Shown here: positions 40,093 to 52,328 of the stretch, piece by piece
Numbering within the stretch: position 1 is the stretch's first letter
Layout of the letters: each line of letters starts with the position of its first letter
Assembly: GCF_019393635.1 (NCBI RefSeq)
Contig: NC_057861.1
Location: 633,012,827-633,076,826 of the forward strand
Source of the DNA: Dromiciops gliroides
Lineage: Eukaryota
DNA: 64,000 nt
Direction of reading: 5' to 3'
The notes under the pieces: generated by a model
The model's database searches: none
Seen by the model: the letters and a program-made list of their open reading frames with translations, nothing else
Told to the model about the DNA's origin: nothing
Translations under genes and position numbers: made by a program

Positions 40093-41789
40093 AAAAAATC
40101 TCCAAACTGTTTGCTTTTAAATCTTCTGTTCACACTGTTAGTACAAACAGATTGCAACTTTTTTTTCTGCTCTTCACTCTTATTCCTACATACTTAAACT
40201 TTCTTTCCCTTTAATATAAATCCCTTTTAAAACAGCACAGTCTTGTTTCTTTATTAATCTGCTCTGACACTTCCATTTACTTAAAGCATTTGAACTAGCA
40301 AAATGGTAGTTAAGCCAATATATATTACTTAAACCTTACTTTCCAAACATAGACCCAGGGGATTCCCTTCATTAATCTATTACAAAATTCAGGTGTTCCC
40401 TAGGAACTCCTTGATTACTTACTGAACAATTTTGGAAATTAAAGAATAATACTCCACCCTTATTGTTTTGCAGTTTAGCCTTGTAGGATTGGCACCAATC
40501 ACAGTGCTAAGAACTAATCAGGTGGTACCAATCAGCCAATCAAATTGTATAAAATAAGATGCCAGTCCTTAACCTTATTCTGGGCAAAAATGTCCATTCC
40601 TCAACTAAAATAGTGATGTGTTGACACACATAAACATACAAAACTCTTCAAGAAACAAAACTTAAATCGGGATTTGAACATCAGGGTCACGTGGGAATCA
40701 CCTGGGGCGCCTCAAGGTGAACTCCCAGCTTAACTTGATTCCCATAAAATACAGGCCCTGCTGCGACATAAGTCCCAGGGGCCTTGGCTTGTCAGAGCTT
40801 TGTGTGCTGGGTGACCCCCTACTGGGAAGTTCAGGCAGCAAAGCTGTAGGGCTTGAAACTAAACTTGCTATCTTTAGGGCTCTGAGAAAAGTCCAAATAT
40901 GGTCTTTTCTCTCATATATAAAACAATACTTGCAAGATTCTAATGAAGATCTAATAGGATGATAAACATGAGAGTGTGTTTTTCATTGCAAAATTCCATA
41001 TAAATATATTGTAAACCACTTCAGCTGGAGTCAGAAATATGTGATGTTATACCTGTAGGAATATTTGTCAAGGGCACTGACTGCATATATTAGTAATTCT
41101 GCTGTTAGGAAGATAGTGTTAAGTATTTATCATCCGTAAATGTGTACATAGACCCTTTTTATTATACACTTGAAGACTAGAGGGTACAAGTAATCGTTAT
41201 GTTTCTCTTGTTAGCCCTCACCTCTATTATCTAACTGTTGTAATGTTTCTTGTTTTATTACTTAAAAGTTGTTACTCACTGGGGAGAAAGCATTTCTGAT
41301 TTTACTTAGTCATCAATAGGGATTCCAATTTTTATATTTTCATATTCAGAATCTTAAAACTGGAATGAGCTTTGGATTACAATGTTAGAACACATATTTC
41401 CTTTTTGTAGAGAGGTGGGTGGTTGTGGGTATGGAATATATGGCATGTTGTCAAACTTGATTATCTTGTTGGTGGCTTATGCTGTTTTTTCTACATTATA
41501 AGAAAATTCAGTGAGGGAACAGTATATCAAGAAATGACTATAACATTAAATCAGTTTTTAAATGGAGGAAAAAATAGAATATCAGATCTGGAAAGTGGCT
41601 TAGAAATGATACAGTATCATTTCTAGGAAAGGAGATAAGTATCGAAAAGAACACTGGATTTAGATGCTGCAGAACAGTGAAGCAACTTGCAGATAGCCAC
41701 TGTAAGTATCAGAACCAGCAGACCCAGCTCTTCTGACTCCATAGCTAGAGTCCCCCACCCTTTTTAATTTTGTTTTTTGTTTTTTGTTT

Positions 41790-41937
41790 TTGTTTTTTTT
41801 AGTGAGGCAATTGGGGTTAAGTGACTTGCCCAGGGTCACACAGCTAGTAAGTGTTAAGTGTCTGAGGCCGGATTTGAACTCAGGTACTCCTGACTCCAGG
41901 GCCGGTGCTCTATCCACTGCGCCATCTAGCTGCCCCC
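41790..41937 (-). mobile_element. Marsupial tRNA-SINE, minus orientation; TSD cccctttttaatttt
   Basis: Reverse-complement consensus with flanking repeats. Confidence 0.9.
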
Positions 41938-42099
41938 CCTTTTTAATTTTAATAAACATTTTTATTTAAAGTTTTGAGTTCCAAATTCTACCCCTCCATC
42001 ATTCCCTCACCACTCCCTGAGGTGGCAAGCAATCAGGTATAGGTTATACATGTGCAATTATATAAAACATTACCATGTTGGTCATTTTTTTATAAGATT

Positions 42100-42590
42100 C
42101 TAAAATCCTGGAAAGACTTAAGTGGACTGATGCTGAATGAAGTGAGCAGAACCAGGAGAGCATTGTACACAGTAACAGCAACATTGAATGATGATCAACT
42201 GTGATAGACTTGGCTCTTCTCAGCAATACAGTGATCTAAGACAGTTCCAAAGAATTCATGATGGAAAATGTTCTCCAAATCCAGAAAAAAGAACTGTGAA
42301 TTCTGAATGCAGATTGAACCATACTGTTTCTACTTTTTAGCCATGTTTTTTTTTCTTTTTTGAAGTTTTTCCCTTTTGTTCTGTTTCTTCTTTCACAATA
42401 TGACTAATGCAGAAATATGTGTAATGTGATTGTACATATATAACCTATATCAGATTGCTTGCTGTCTTGGGAAGGGAAGGGAGGGAGGGAGAAAAATTTG
42501 GAACTAAAAATCTTATGAAAATAAATGTTGAAAACTATCTTTACATGCAACTGGAAAATAATAAAATACTTTTATGATAAAAAAGATTCT
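42100..42590 (+). mobile_element. LINE-1 3' UTR fragment, + orientation
   Basis: ..AAGTGAGCAGAACCAGGAGAGCATTGTACACAGTAACAGCAACATTG...TATGACTAATGCAGAAATATGTGTAATGTGATTGTACATATATAACCTATATCAGATTGC..AAAAATTTGGAACTAAAAA. Confidence 0.7.
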
Positions 42591-43639
42591 AATAAAAGAA
42601 AAAATGAAAGAAAGTGAAAAATACCATGCTTCAGTCTGTGTTCAGTCAATATCAGTTCTTTCTTTGGAGGTGAATAGTATGCTTCATCATTAGTCCTTTG
42701 GGATTGTCTTGAATCATTGTATTGCTGAGAATAGCTAAATCATTCACAGTTCTTCATCAAACAATATTGCTGCCACTGTGCACAACATTCTCCTGGTTCT
42801 GTTCACTTCACTATATATCAGTTCATATAATTCTTTCCAGGCCTTTTTGAAATTATCCTGTTTGTCATGTCTTATAACATTCCATTACAATCATGTAATA
42901 ATATTCCATTACAGTCATGTACCACAGCTTGTTTAGCCATTCCCCAATTGATGGGTATTCCTTTGATTTCCAGTTTTTAGCTACCACCAAAAGAGCTGCT
43001 CTAAATATTTTTGTACAAATAGGTCTTTTTCTCTTTTTGGTGATAAAAACCTAGCAGTGGTATTACTGGATTGCAGTTTGATAGCCCTTTGGGCATAGTT
43101 CCAAATTGCTCTCCTGAATGGTTGGACCAGTTCACAACTCCACCAACAATGGATTATTGTCCCAGTTTTCCCATATCCCCTCCAATATCCAACATTTTCA
43201 TTTTTTGTTATATTTGCCATTCTGATAGGTGTGAGGTGATATCTAAAAGTTGTTTTAATTTGTATTTCTCTGGTCTGTAGTGACTTTTAGTGAGCATTTT
43301 TTCATTACTATAGATAGCTTTGATTTATTTGTCAAAAAACTCCCTGTTCAGATCCTTTAACCATTTCTCTATTGGAGATGACTTGTATTTTTATAAATTT
43401 GACTCAGTTCTCTATGTTTGAGAAATGAGGCCTTTATCAGTGATACTTGTTGCAAAAATTCTTTCCCAGTTTTCTGCTTTCCTTATACTTTTGGTTACAT
43501 TGGTTTTGTTTGTGCAAAAGTTTTTTAATTTTATATACTCAAAATTATCTGATTTACATTTTGTATTGCTCTCTGTATCTTCTTTGGTCCTAAATTCTTT
43601 CCCTGTCCATAACTCTGACAGATAAACTATTTCATGCTT

Positions 43640-43795
43640 TCTTTCTTTTTTTTTTTTTTGCGGGGCAATGGGAGTTAAGTGACTTGCCCAGGGTCACACA
43701 GCTAGTAAGTGTCAAGTGTCTGAGGCCAGATTTGAACTCAGGTACTCCTGAATCCAGGGCTGGTGCTTTATCCACTGCGCCACCTAGCCACCCCC
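43640..43795 (-). mobile_element. Marsupial tRNA-SINE, minus orientation, inserted into an L1 fragment; TSD catttcatgctttctt
   Basis: Flanking repeat at 43626-43641 and 43795-43810. Confidence 0.9.
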
Positions 43796-44844
43796 ATTTC
43801 ATGCTTTCTTAATCTGCTTATGGCATCACCCTTTATGCATAAATTGTGTACCCATTTTGACCTTATTTTAATATACACTGTGAGATGTTAGTTTATACCT
43901 AGTTTCTGCTGTTTTCCAGTTTTCCCAGCAGTTTTTGTTCCAAAAGTTTGGATCTTTGGGTTATCATGTACAAGAATACTATAGTCATTTACTGTAGTGT
44001 AATTCATACCTATTCTATTCCACTAATCCACCACTTTATTTCTTAGCCAGTACCAGATGGTTTTGATAATTACTTTATAATACAGTTTGAGATCTGGTAC
44101 AACTAGACCACCTTCACATTTTTTCGTTGATTCCCTTGATATCCTTTAGTTTTTGTTCTTCCAGATGAATTTTATTTTTTCTAGATTTATATAATAATTT
44201 CTGATAGTTTGGTATGACACCAAATAAATAAATTAATTTAGGTAGGCTTGTCATTTTTATTACATTGGCTTGGCCTACCCATTGGCAACTAATATTTTTC
44301 CAAATGTTTAGATCTGACTTTATGTGAGAAGTGTTTTATAGTTGTGTTCATATAGTTCCTGGGTTTGTCTTGGCAGATATACTCCCAAGTATTCTCTATT
44401 GGCTATAGTTATTTTAAATGGAATTTCTCCTAATATGTTGCTACTGAACTTTGTTGGTAATATATAGAAATGCTGGTGATTTATGTGGGTTTATTTTGTA
44501 TTATGCAACTTTACTAAAGTTGTTAATAATTTCAAGTGGTTTTTTAGTTGATTCTCTAGGATTTTCTAAGTACAATCTGCAAAAGTGATATTTTTGTTTC
44601 CTCATTGCCAATTCTGATTCTTTTAATTTCTTTTTCTTATTGCTTTAGCTAACATTTCTAGTACAATATTAAATAATAGAGGTGATAATGGGCATCCTTG
44701 CTTCCCTGCTTGTATTGGGCAGGCTTCTAGCTTATCTCCATTATAGATAATATTTGTTGATGATTTTAGATAAATATTACTTATCACTTTAAAGAAAGCT
44801 CTTTTTATTCCTATTCTCTCTAGTGTTTTTTTTTAATATATATA

Positions 44845-44988
44845 TATTTTTTTAGTGAGGCAGTTGGGGTTAAGTGACTTGCCCAAGGTCACACAGCTAG
44901 TAAGTGTTAAGTATCTGAGGTCAAATTTGAACTCAGGTACTCCTGACTCCAGGGCCGGTGCTCTATCCACTGCGCCACCTAGCTGCCC
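44845..44988 (-). mobile_element. Marsupial tRNA-SINE, minus orientation, inserted into an L1 fragment; TSD ctctctagtgttttt
   Basis: Flanking repeat at 44815-44830 and 44989-45004. Confidence 0.9.
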
Positions 44989-46005
44989 CTCTCTCTAGTG
45001 TTTTTAATAGGAATGGTTGCTGCATTTTTGTCAAAGATTTTCTGCATCTATTGAGATAATCATATGATTTCTGTTGGTTTTGTTATTGATATGGTCAATT
45101 ATGCTGATAGCTTTCCTAATACTGAACCAGCCCTGCATCCCTGGTATAAATAGTGTATGACCACCTGGTCATAGCGTATGATCCTTGTGATGTATTATCA
45201 TGACTGCTGAATACTAACTATATAAGTTAGCAAGTCATTGTCAGATTACCCCATGATCTATTTCCTTGTCTGTAAGATGTAAATTATATTTCCCCCTTTA
45301 TTATCATGAAGTTTAACAGCAAAGATAAACACTTCAATGTATAAAGAAAAGGGGATCCTATGTGAAATTGAACTGTTTTATTCTTCAGCCACTGCTTCCT
45401 TTCAATACAATTCCCAAATCTATATTTCCTGTTCTGACCTCTCTCCTGAGTCCTAGATGAATATCTTCAACTGCCTGCTGGACATGTTCATCTGCATATC
45501 CCACTGGCTTCTCAATTTCATCATATGTAAAACTAAACTCAGCATACCTTTCTGATTCTCTCTGTTGCAGTTACTAACATCTTTCTAGTTACTCAGGCTT
45601 GAAAGCTCAACATCAACTTTGAGTCTTCCCTCTCTAGCACTCTTCATATACAATCAGCAAATAGATCCTCTGTATTCTGCCTCCCCAGGCTACTGAAAAC
45701 TAGGTTGTTTTTCATCCTAACATACTTTTCCCACTTTATCTCCCATAGTGCCTCTATATGTACCTTATTCTGCAAACTGGTCTCCTCTACTGACTGTTCC
45801 CCCAGAGCATCTTGTACTCTCTAAACCCCACATCTTTGCTTATATGTCAGAACAGGGAGAAGTCTTGGAGATCACATAGGGTGAGCCCTCTAATTTTATA
45901 GTTAAAAGGATAGGCCCAAAGGTAACTCAGCCAAACATCAAAACACAAGTGTTGGGAGAGAGCATTAAGTCCCAGTATCCTAATGTTCCATCTTCTCTTC
46001 TTCAG

Positions 46006-46201
46006 GTGCTACACGTAGCCACCTGAGCAAAGGCAGAATCAGCCGACGCCCCGCTGTGGCAAGAGTACGTGTGGCTGTGAGGCTTAGGCCCTTTGTGGAA
46101 GAGACTGGCAGCACCAGTGAGAGTTCCTGTGTCCGGGGCCTGGACAGCTGCTCTTTGGAAATTGCCAACGGGAGAAACAGTCAGGAGACGCTCAAATACC
46201 A
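46006..46201 (+). CDS. KIF22: KIF22 coding exon 2 (N-terminal neck and start of motor domain: ...[47 protein letters not shown])
   Basis: Acceptor ttcttcag|; high identity to the remembered human KIF22 ([47 protein letters not shown]); donor CA|GTAATG. Confidence 0.85.
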
Positions 46202-46269
46202 GTAATGGCCCTGGGCCCCCTTCATTATCTTGCTGCTTCAGAATCCCTAGGACACTCACATTAGCATCA

Positions 46270-46322
<53 letters not shown>
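46270..46322. repeat. (GT)n microsatellite in KIF22 intron 2
   Basis: ~26 GT units; produces the HTHTHT ORF artefact. Confidence 0.95.
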
Positions 46323-46323
<1 letters not shown>

Positions 46324-46433
46324 CACGCGCACACGTCACTGCTACCATATCGCATCTTGGTGCTCTAGGTACTATGCCCTTCTCCTTCTATAGTCTTAAC
46401 TGGCTTGTCTGACTCCCATTTTTCTGGTTATAG

Positions 46434-46561
46434 GTTTGATGCCTTTTATGGGGAAACAAGCACCCAGCAGGACATCTATGCTGGCTTTGTCCAGCCCATC
46501 CTTCGCCACTTGATGAATGGACAGAATGCCAGTGTGCTTGCCTATGGTCCAACAGGCGCAG
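46434..46561 (+). CDS. KIF22: KIF22 coding exon 3 ([42 protein letters not shown]; first half of the P-loop)
   Basis: ORF 46405..46692; kinesin motor motif GPTGAGKT is split by the intron; acceptor ttatag|G. Confidence 0.9.
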
Positions 46562-46671
46562 GTTGGGGAAGAGTGGAATGGGTCTGGGGCTTTGTGCAGA
46601 GGGCAAGAAGAGATAATGAGGCTGTCTTAGAGCCAGTAATTGTACTATTTCCTCTTGTCTTTTTCCTACAG

Positions 46672-46826
46672 GGAAGACATACACAATGCTAGGCAGCCCA
46701 GAGCAGCCTGGAATTATCCCTCGGGCCCTCAAAGACCTCTTGCAGCTAACCTGGGAGGAGGGTGCTGAAGGGCGACCCTGGGCCATTACTGTCTACATGT
46801 CTTATTTGGAAATCTACCAAGAGAAG
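46672..46826 (+). CDS. KIF22: KIF22 coding exon 4 ([52 protein letters not shown])
   Basis: Completes the Walker A motif GKT; near-identical to human; donor AAG|GTGAGG. Confidence 0.9.
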
Positions 46827-47053
46827 GTGAGGCTTCTCCTCAGTCAGGAGAGATGAGAGCAGGAATTTTGAGGCCTAAACCTTTGGGACAGGTAGGAAAA
46901 GTCAAGAAGGGTCTCTTGAGTGAAGAAAAAGAATGGTTGAATGGGAAACTTAAGATCTCATTCAAAGAAAGTGGGTTAGGATGGTAGTGAGGCCCTGCTC
47001 TAGAAGGACAGGATGACACATATAAAGGGTTCTGCCTTGTTTCTGTTTCTCAG

Positions 47054-47263
47054 GTGTTGGACCTGCTTGCCCCAGCTTCAGGGGACCTAGTGATCAGAGA
47101 AGATCGGTGGGGGAACATTCTGATCCCTGGGCTCACCCAAAAACCCATTGCTTCCTTCACTGACTTTGAGCAACACTTCCTGCCAGCCAGCAGAAACCGG
47201 ACTGTGGGAGCCACTCGGCTCAACCAGCGCTCCTCTCGAAGCCATGCTGTGCTCCTGGTCAAA
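47054..47263 (+). CDS. KIF22: KIF22 coding exon 5 ([70 protein letters not shown])
   Basis: ORF 47054..47275; kinesin switch I (NQRSSRSH); donor AAA|GTGGGT chosen so that the junction reads LLVK|VEQRER, matching human LLVKVDQRER. Confidence 0.85.
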
Positions 47264-47362
47264 GTGGGTTTGTGAAGAGGGAGGTTCAAATAGTGTTGCT
47301 ATCATGTTGGGAGTCAGAGGATCCATCTGGGTTTTAGATGGGTGGTAAGAGGCAGAGACAGA

Positions 47363-47512
47363 GGGGCAGCTAGGTGGTGCAGTGCATAAAACACTGGCCC
47401 TGGATTCAGGAGGACCTGAGTTCAAAGCCAGCCTCAGACACTTGACACTTACTAGCTGTGTGACCCTGGGCAAGTCACTTAACCCCCATTGCCCCATGCA
47501 AAAAAAAAAATT
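47363..47512 (+). mobile_element. Marsupial tRNA-SINE in a KIF22 intron (between exons 5 and 6)
   Basis: SINE consensus with A10 tail. Confidence 0.9.
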
Positions 47513-47613
47513 TAAAAACTTTAAAAAGAGGTAGAGACAGCACAGGAAAAAGGTCACCCAAAGCTGGACCTCTGAACTTGCATTCACTCAGTAATTGCAT
47601 TACTCATACACAG

Positions 47614-47844
47614 GTGGAACAGCGGGAGCGAATGGCCCCATTCCGGCAGCGAGAGGGGAAGCTCTATCTGATTGACCTGGCTGGTTCAGAGGACAATCGA
47701 CGTACAGGGAACCAGGGCTTGCGGCTGAAGGAGAGTGGAGCCATCAATGCCTCCCTCTTTGTACTGGGCAAAGTGGTCGATGCATTGAACCAGGGTCTGC
47801 CTCGTGTTCCCTACAGAGACAGCAAGCTCACCCGACTGCTGCAG
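47614..47844 (+). CDS. KIF22: KIF22 coding exon 6 ([77 protein letters not shown])
   Basis: ORF 47578..47925; kinesin switch II DLAGSE; donor CAG|GTCAGG. Confidence 0.9.
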
Positions 47845-48304
47845 GTCAGGTTGCTCTTGGACACAAGGGTCCCTGGGATTCCCATTCTAAAGATGTATAA
47901 AGGATTTGCTCTGATTTCTTCCTGAGGGACAAAGGTTCTCTATTCTTTTACAATCCCTTCTCTTTTCATAGCGCTTTATAGTTTTACATTCTTTCTCTGA
48001 AGCTCACAGTAACTCTTAAGATAGGCCGGACAAATGGCATCCCGATTTTATAGGTGAAGAAAATTAAGCTCAGAGATTAGGTAACTTGTCCAAGGTCACA
48101 AAGCATATAAATAGTAAAACCAAGAGTAGAACCCAAGTCTTTTAACTCCCAAACCAGTGCTCTTTCCACTATCCCAACCTGAGGATTGAGAATGGCCATG
48201 GGAGGGGACAATAAATTGCTGGCAGCTGTACCTTTGAGAATGGGGCAGACCACAGTTGAAGATAGGGTATCTAGGTCCTGACTCACTTTCTCTATCTTCC
48301 CTAG

Positions 48305-48458
48305 GACTCCCTTGGAGGATCAGCCCACAGTGTGCTCATTGCTAATATTGCTCCAGAGAGGCGCTTCTACCTCGATACAGTCACATCACTCAACTTCGCC
48401 TCCAGATCCAAAGAAGTGATTAACCGGCCATTCACCCATAAGAGTTTTCAACCTCTGG
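48305..48458 (+). CDS. KIF22: KIF22 coding exon 7 ([51 protein letters not shown])
   Basis: ORF 48332..48607 in frame; end of motor domain; donor G|GTGAGA. Confidence 0.9.
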
Positions 48459-48619
48459 GTGAGAGAGGTATGGTAGGAACAGGAGAAGGAAGGAAAGGGA
48501 GGGAAGAGCCTGAGACCTTAAGGATCAAGTATTGTGATATCTGTAGTCTGGCTGAGGCTGCTGGAAGCAAAGAGATAACTGGATGTGATATTCTTTTCAT
48601 CATGTAACTTCTATCCCAG

Positions 48620-48737
48620 TGAAGTTGGCCCAAAAGGAATCGCTGGACCCTCCAGAAGCAAAGAGGGTCAGAAGCCAGGACGAATTGGAGGATGGGACAA
48701 GTAGCCCAGAACCCCCACCTAGCTGTCCCAAACGCAG
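48620..48737 (+). CDS. KIF22: KIF22 coding exon 8 (VKLAQKESLDPPEAKRVRSQDELEDGTSSPEPPPSCPKR-)
   Basis: Collinear with the remembered human [30 protein letters not shown]; acceptor cccag|, donor CAG|GTGAGA; phase-consistent. Confidence 0.85.
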
Positions 48738-48894
48738 GTGAGACAGAAGGGATGAGACATCTGTTTGGTCCTCTGTCAAATATCCTTTTTCCCACCTAGA
48801 CAGCTGTGATGTGTTCAGGGCAAGTTTCTTCCTAAAGAAGAACAGTACAATTAGAATTGGTGCATATACAAGCAGACATATTACTAATTTTGTT

Positions 48895-49015
48895 TTTTAA
48901 AGTGAGGCAATTGGGGTTAAGTAACTTGCCCAGGGTCACACAGCTAGTAAGTGTTAAGTGTCTGAGGCTGAATTTGAACGCAGGTCCTCCTGATTCCAGG
49001 GCCAGTGCTCTATCC
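48895..49015 (-). mobile_element. Marsupial tRNA-SINE, 5'-truncated, minus orientation, in a KIF22 intron
   Basis: Reverse-complement consensus. Confidence 0.85.
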
Positions 49016-50646
49016 CATATTACTAATTCTTAAGGCAATGCAAAACAATCAGAGGACATGTGTATGCAGTGTTGTGGTTATCTGCATTTTCTCCCACCAA
49101 ACAGGAATTTGAGAACATTACCCAACTCTCTTTATCCCTGTCCTACCCTGCCATGGTATGCAGGCATTAATAGTAACATTCAGAAATTGGTCTGGGCACA
49201 AGTTCTATCCAGGTTTGCAGTTAGAGATACCAAGTCCAACAACTTTTTCCATGACTTACCTACACAGCAAAGCCTTCTACAACAATGTGACTTTGCAGAG
49301 GAAACATTTAACCCTAATGCATGAAGTACTGAAATAGGGGAAGAATTCAGAGAACATCAAGTTGGGGTGGGGGGGTACATATAAAGTAGAAAAGGGCATG
49401 TTTAATTTCCTCTGACAAAATGGAGAGAAAAAATAACCATAGCCCAGTTAACTTAATGTCTCTTCCTGGATAGTAAGACTATTCAGAGACACTCTAAATT
49501 CTAGTCTTGGCCTCATGAGGCTTATCAGCCCACCCTCGAAATGTAAGAGTAGTTAGTAAAGGTAAAGTTAATAAAGCTTTCTTAAAGTACTTTACATATT
49601 TTTTTATGTGATCCTTATTACAATCCAATGAAGTAGACAGGGCAGATGGTATTATTCCCATTTTATAAATGAGGAAACTGAGGCTCCTAGAAAGTGTAGT
49701 GACATATCAGAAGTCATGTAGTTAAGTGCTAGAGCTTTTGGTTGAAGTGCTGTTCTCACTTCTAGTAGCAAGCAGCACTGGACCTGACCCTAATTCCCTA
49801 AAATGCCTTGCTTTGAACTGCCCTGCAACCTTTGATTGCTGTTGTAAGCACCAGTTGACCCTTTAGCTAGCCTTTTTACCAAATACTTAAGGTCAGTGGA
49901 TTGTACTAGAGCACTGGGCTCAAATAGTCCTAAGGGCTTCCTATCTAAGACCAGCCCTGTTGTACTGAGGATGAAGGAGCTGTCAGTCAGTCCCCAGTGC
50001 TGAATGAGCATGAACTGGGTACAGAATCTCTGGCCTAGGCATTGTAAAACTAGACAAAAAGTAATAAGTAGTCCCTGCCCATGAGGAATTAAGGACATGT
50101 GACAAAGCAAAAACTTGCTATCCCAGTAGTAATGTAAGATGCTATTTTTCCTTGTTTTCCCAAGCGAGTTCTTTCTAAAACCCCACATTGCTTTCCCACT
50201 TAAAAAACAAAACAAAACCTCAATGTAACCCCTATTGTCAACAACTTAAGGTCCAAATGACTTAGCTGGAATTTCTGCTCAGGGTGGCTTACTTGATGCA
50301 TTGCTTCACAGGGCCTTTGTACTGCTCTTTCCAAGCATCAAGTCCTACAATCACAAAACTGTCCCTAACCATCCCAGCTTTTTATAATCCTACCCATGCC
50401 TTAATTCCTATAGTGTTTGTGCCATTCATTGTGGCACAACATGTTTTGTCTGGGGCTTGAGGTTACCTTTTTGTGGCAGTCAGGATTCAAACTACAGTCT
50501 TCAGAGTCCCAATCTAGTACCTTTGACACTAGAAGTTGTTGTACCTACTGAATTGTGGGAAGATGGGGAAGTGAGCTATGGGAGGTAGTTAGTTGTTACA
50601 TGATGAAGGAGAAGGAAGGTAGAAGTGAATTTATTTATCTTCTTAG

Positions 50647-50815
50647 CCCCCTGAAACAACTAAACACTCTAGAACCAGCTGTGCAAGAGCGCCTGCTAAA
50701 CCTGGATCGAATTCTAGACGCCCGAGGGAGCCAAGGAACTTCAATCTTGAGTACACCAAGAAGAGAGCGGACAGCTTTAGAAAAGGCTTTGAAAGAAAAG
50801 GACTCAGAGATTCAG
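50647..50815 (+). CDS. KIF22: KIF22 coding exon 9 (SPLKQLNTLEPAVQERLLNLDRILDARGSQGTSILSTPRRERTALEKALKEKDSEIQ)
   Basis: ORF 50555..50848; matches the remembered human [42 protein letters not shown]...EKDLEIE. Confidence 0.88.
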
Positions 50816-51074
50816 GTACAGACTGGAGACAATTCAAAGCTGGGTTGATGTTTTCCTCACCTCTGTCATGTGTTTCCTTCCTACCTTCTTGCTAGCTCCC
50901 TCATTCTAGACTTCATTTAACTCAGACTCCATTTCCCCACCCTCCAACCAGGATCTTTTGGTCTTATCTCTTCTTGAGACATCCTATTCTAGACCCTTGG
51001 GAAACAAATCTAGGTTAGGCCCTCAGGTGTTTGATACTGACTAGATCACCCTTTTCTTTCACTTATTCCCACAG

Positions 51075-51234
51075 AGGCTGAAGGAAAAGTATAAAGAGCT
51101 GGAGGCCAACAGACTGAGTCAGAGGCACAAGGAATTGGAGGAAGAGAATGGCTCCCTGGCCCCACCCTGTCCCTTTCCCTCCCAAACAGTACCCAACATC
51201 AAACCCCTGAATAGGGTTGTACCCTTTCAGCTAA
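51075..51234 (+). CDS. KIF22: KIF22 coding exon 10 (coiled-coil: RLKEKYKELEANRLSQRHKELEEENGSLAPPCPFPSQTVPNIKPLNRVVPFQL-)
   Basis: Acceptor cccacag|; donor CTAA|GTAAGG; the junction with the next exon gives PFQLIQEQ, matching human PLQLIQEQ. Confidence 0.8.
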
Positions 51235-51355
51235 GTAAGGAAAGGGGAAAGGGGAAAGGGGTGGGGGACTGGAAGTTCTAGATGGGGCAAAGGAAACTAA
51301 AGGGGAGATTGGTGACTGCTTTGACACCATTATTGTCTCCAATCCCCACCTTTAG

Positions 51356-51420
51356 TTCAGGAGCAGACAACATCCCAAAGCAAGACCCAGGTCCTGCAGA
51401 AAGAAAACCGGAAGAGAAAG
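51356..51420 (+). CDS. KIF22: KIF22 coding exon 11 (IQEQTTSQSKTQVLQKENRKRK; basic NLS-like tail)
   Basis: Acceptor ccacctttag|; donor AAG|GTAAGA; aligns to the remembered human [23 protein letters not shown]. Confidence 0.8.
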
Positions 51421-52005
51421 GTAAGACAACCTGAAGGCTTGGATGCTTGGGCCTGTAAGGTGGAGGTTGTGGGGAGGGGGAAAATGAGAAGCCAAAACAC
51501 CTTATTTAGCAAACCATTATCATTCAACATTTATGGAGCTTCTGAGGATATGAGTTAGTCCCCAACTCTAGGAATTTATAGCTAGTTAGTGGGGGGTGAA
51601 AAATATAAACACATGAAAAATTAAACACTAGATGAGGCCTCAGATAAAAGAGATGTCAGGAGGTGGCACGGAAATAATTGCCAAATGGGAGGTCCTCTCA
51701 AGTGCCATGGGAGCTCGGAGAAGGGGGAAAGCTGAGTGGGCTAGAACAGCCAGCTCAGAAAGGTTTCATGGAGGGTGGTACTTGAAGGATGGGTTGATTG
51801 AGGATAGGTCTGAGTCTGGGGTGGGAATGGATAGGGTGTGTTCTGGCAGTAATCAGCCGGGTGCCAGAGAATAGCGGGATAGAGATGAGGGGAAGGGAAG
51901 ACTGGAGCTGGCCAGCCCCTCCACGTGGTGCTGGCTGCCTACCTGCAGCCCGCAGGGAGCCCCTGGAGATCCCCCTCATAGCCTTCTCTCTCCGTCCGGC
52001 TACAG

Positions 52006-52227
52006 CCCGAGCCGCTCCGCGGGCAGCAGGAGGAGCAGGCTGAGGGGCTCCGCACCACCCTGGCGCTGCTGCAGGTGCCCCCAGACCTCCTGGCCGAGAG
52101 CCGCAGGAAGATCCTGGGCTTGCTGAACACGGGCTCGGCCAAGGAGCTTCGCAGGCTGCAGCGCATTGGGGAGAAGAAAGCCCAGCTCATCGTGGGCTGG
52201 CGGGAGCTGCACGGCCCCTTTGCGGAG
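52006..52227 (+). CDS. KIF22: KIF22 coding exon 12 (helix-hairpin-helix DNA-binding region: ...[47 protein letters not shown])
   Basis: ORF 52075..52308; near-identical to the remembered human [47 protein letters not shown]. Confidence 0.9.
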
Positions 52228-52328
52228 GTGAGGCGGGGGCTGGCCCGGGAGGAGGAGGAGGAGGAGGAGGAGGGCGGCGGGTGGCGAGCCTTCCCCAAGG
52301 CAGCGTGATGCGCCTTTCTCCCCCGCAG

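Larger units (their letters stand above)
42650..45330 (-). mobile_element. LINE-1 ORF2 3' portion, minus orientation, carrying two later SINE insertions
   Basis: Minus ORF 42981..43220 (RGYGKTGTIIHCWWSCELVQPFRRAIWNYAQRAIK) is the L1 ORF2 C-terminus; contiguous AT-rich L1-like sequence extends upstream. Confidence 0.7.

Noticed and set aside
35400-41700. Possibility that the AT-rich ORF-free block encodes a long non-coding RNA or a novel element
   Set aside because: There is no positive evidence in the sequence: no conserved structure, no promoter or poly(A) pairing beyond the LTR-like edge noted in findings. Most parsimoniously it is decayed retroelement or AT-rich intronic DNA. A repeat library is needed to classify it.
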